A stretch of DNA of 64,000 bases from Syncephalis fuscata S228 (Eukaryota > Fungi > Zoopagomycota): assembly GCA_025786725.1 (NCBI GenBank), contig JAHLTZ010000031.1, positions 1 to 64,000 on the forward strand. Reading direction: 5' to 3'. The notes under the pieces were generated by a model, which saw nothing but the letters and a program-made list of their open reading frames with translations, searched no databases and was not told where the DNA came from. The number at the start of each line of letters is the position of its first letter. Position 1 is the first letter of the stretch. Below, piece after piece: positions 59,774-64,000 of this stretch. A program made the translations under genes and the position numbers.

Positions 59774-64000
<4,227 letters not shown>

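Overview
AT-rich, intron-dense eukaryotic DNA, inferred to be from an early-diverging fungus (Zoopagomycota/Mucoromycota-like). It holds about 20 spliced genes: AMP deaminase (3' part), a small ankyrin protein, secreted alpha-carbonic anhydrase, CCT4, COX20, a BRCA1-like RING gene without BRCTs, VPS54, USP36/42-like protease, an RS/GYG-N low-complexity protein, RPL12, CRM1, deoxyhypusine synthase, an ABCC transporter, a HAUS4-like protein, NDUFB9, PP2A-B56, Ataxin-2/Pbp1, PPAT/CAB4, TPX2 and a ROCK/MRCK-like kinase (3' part). Main signals not shown by the ORF track: (1) two degenerate Fanzor/TnpB-like C-terminal remnants (~22.0-22.5 kb, ~26.0-26.3 kb) sharing a ~190 nt non-coding tail, a candidate omegaRNA scaffold; (2) a 2.43 kb foldback structure (260 bp near-perfect inverted arms enclosing a 26-bp x ~33 minisatellite) whose left arm doubles as the last exon of the RING gene, belonging to a repeat family with several more copies in the window; (3) two minor-spliceosome (U12-type) introns, one AT-AC in Ataxin-2 and one GT-AG in AMP deaminase; (4) animal-like cytoskeletal regulators (ROCK-like kinase with HR1 repeats inside a split PH-C1, TPX2, augmin). 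Single-base frameshifts in essential genes look like assembly errors. All alignments and translations were done by eye; exon boundaries are approximate unless stated.
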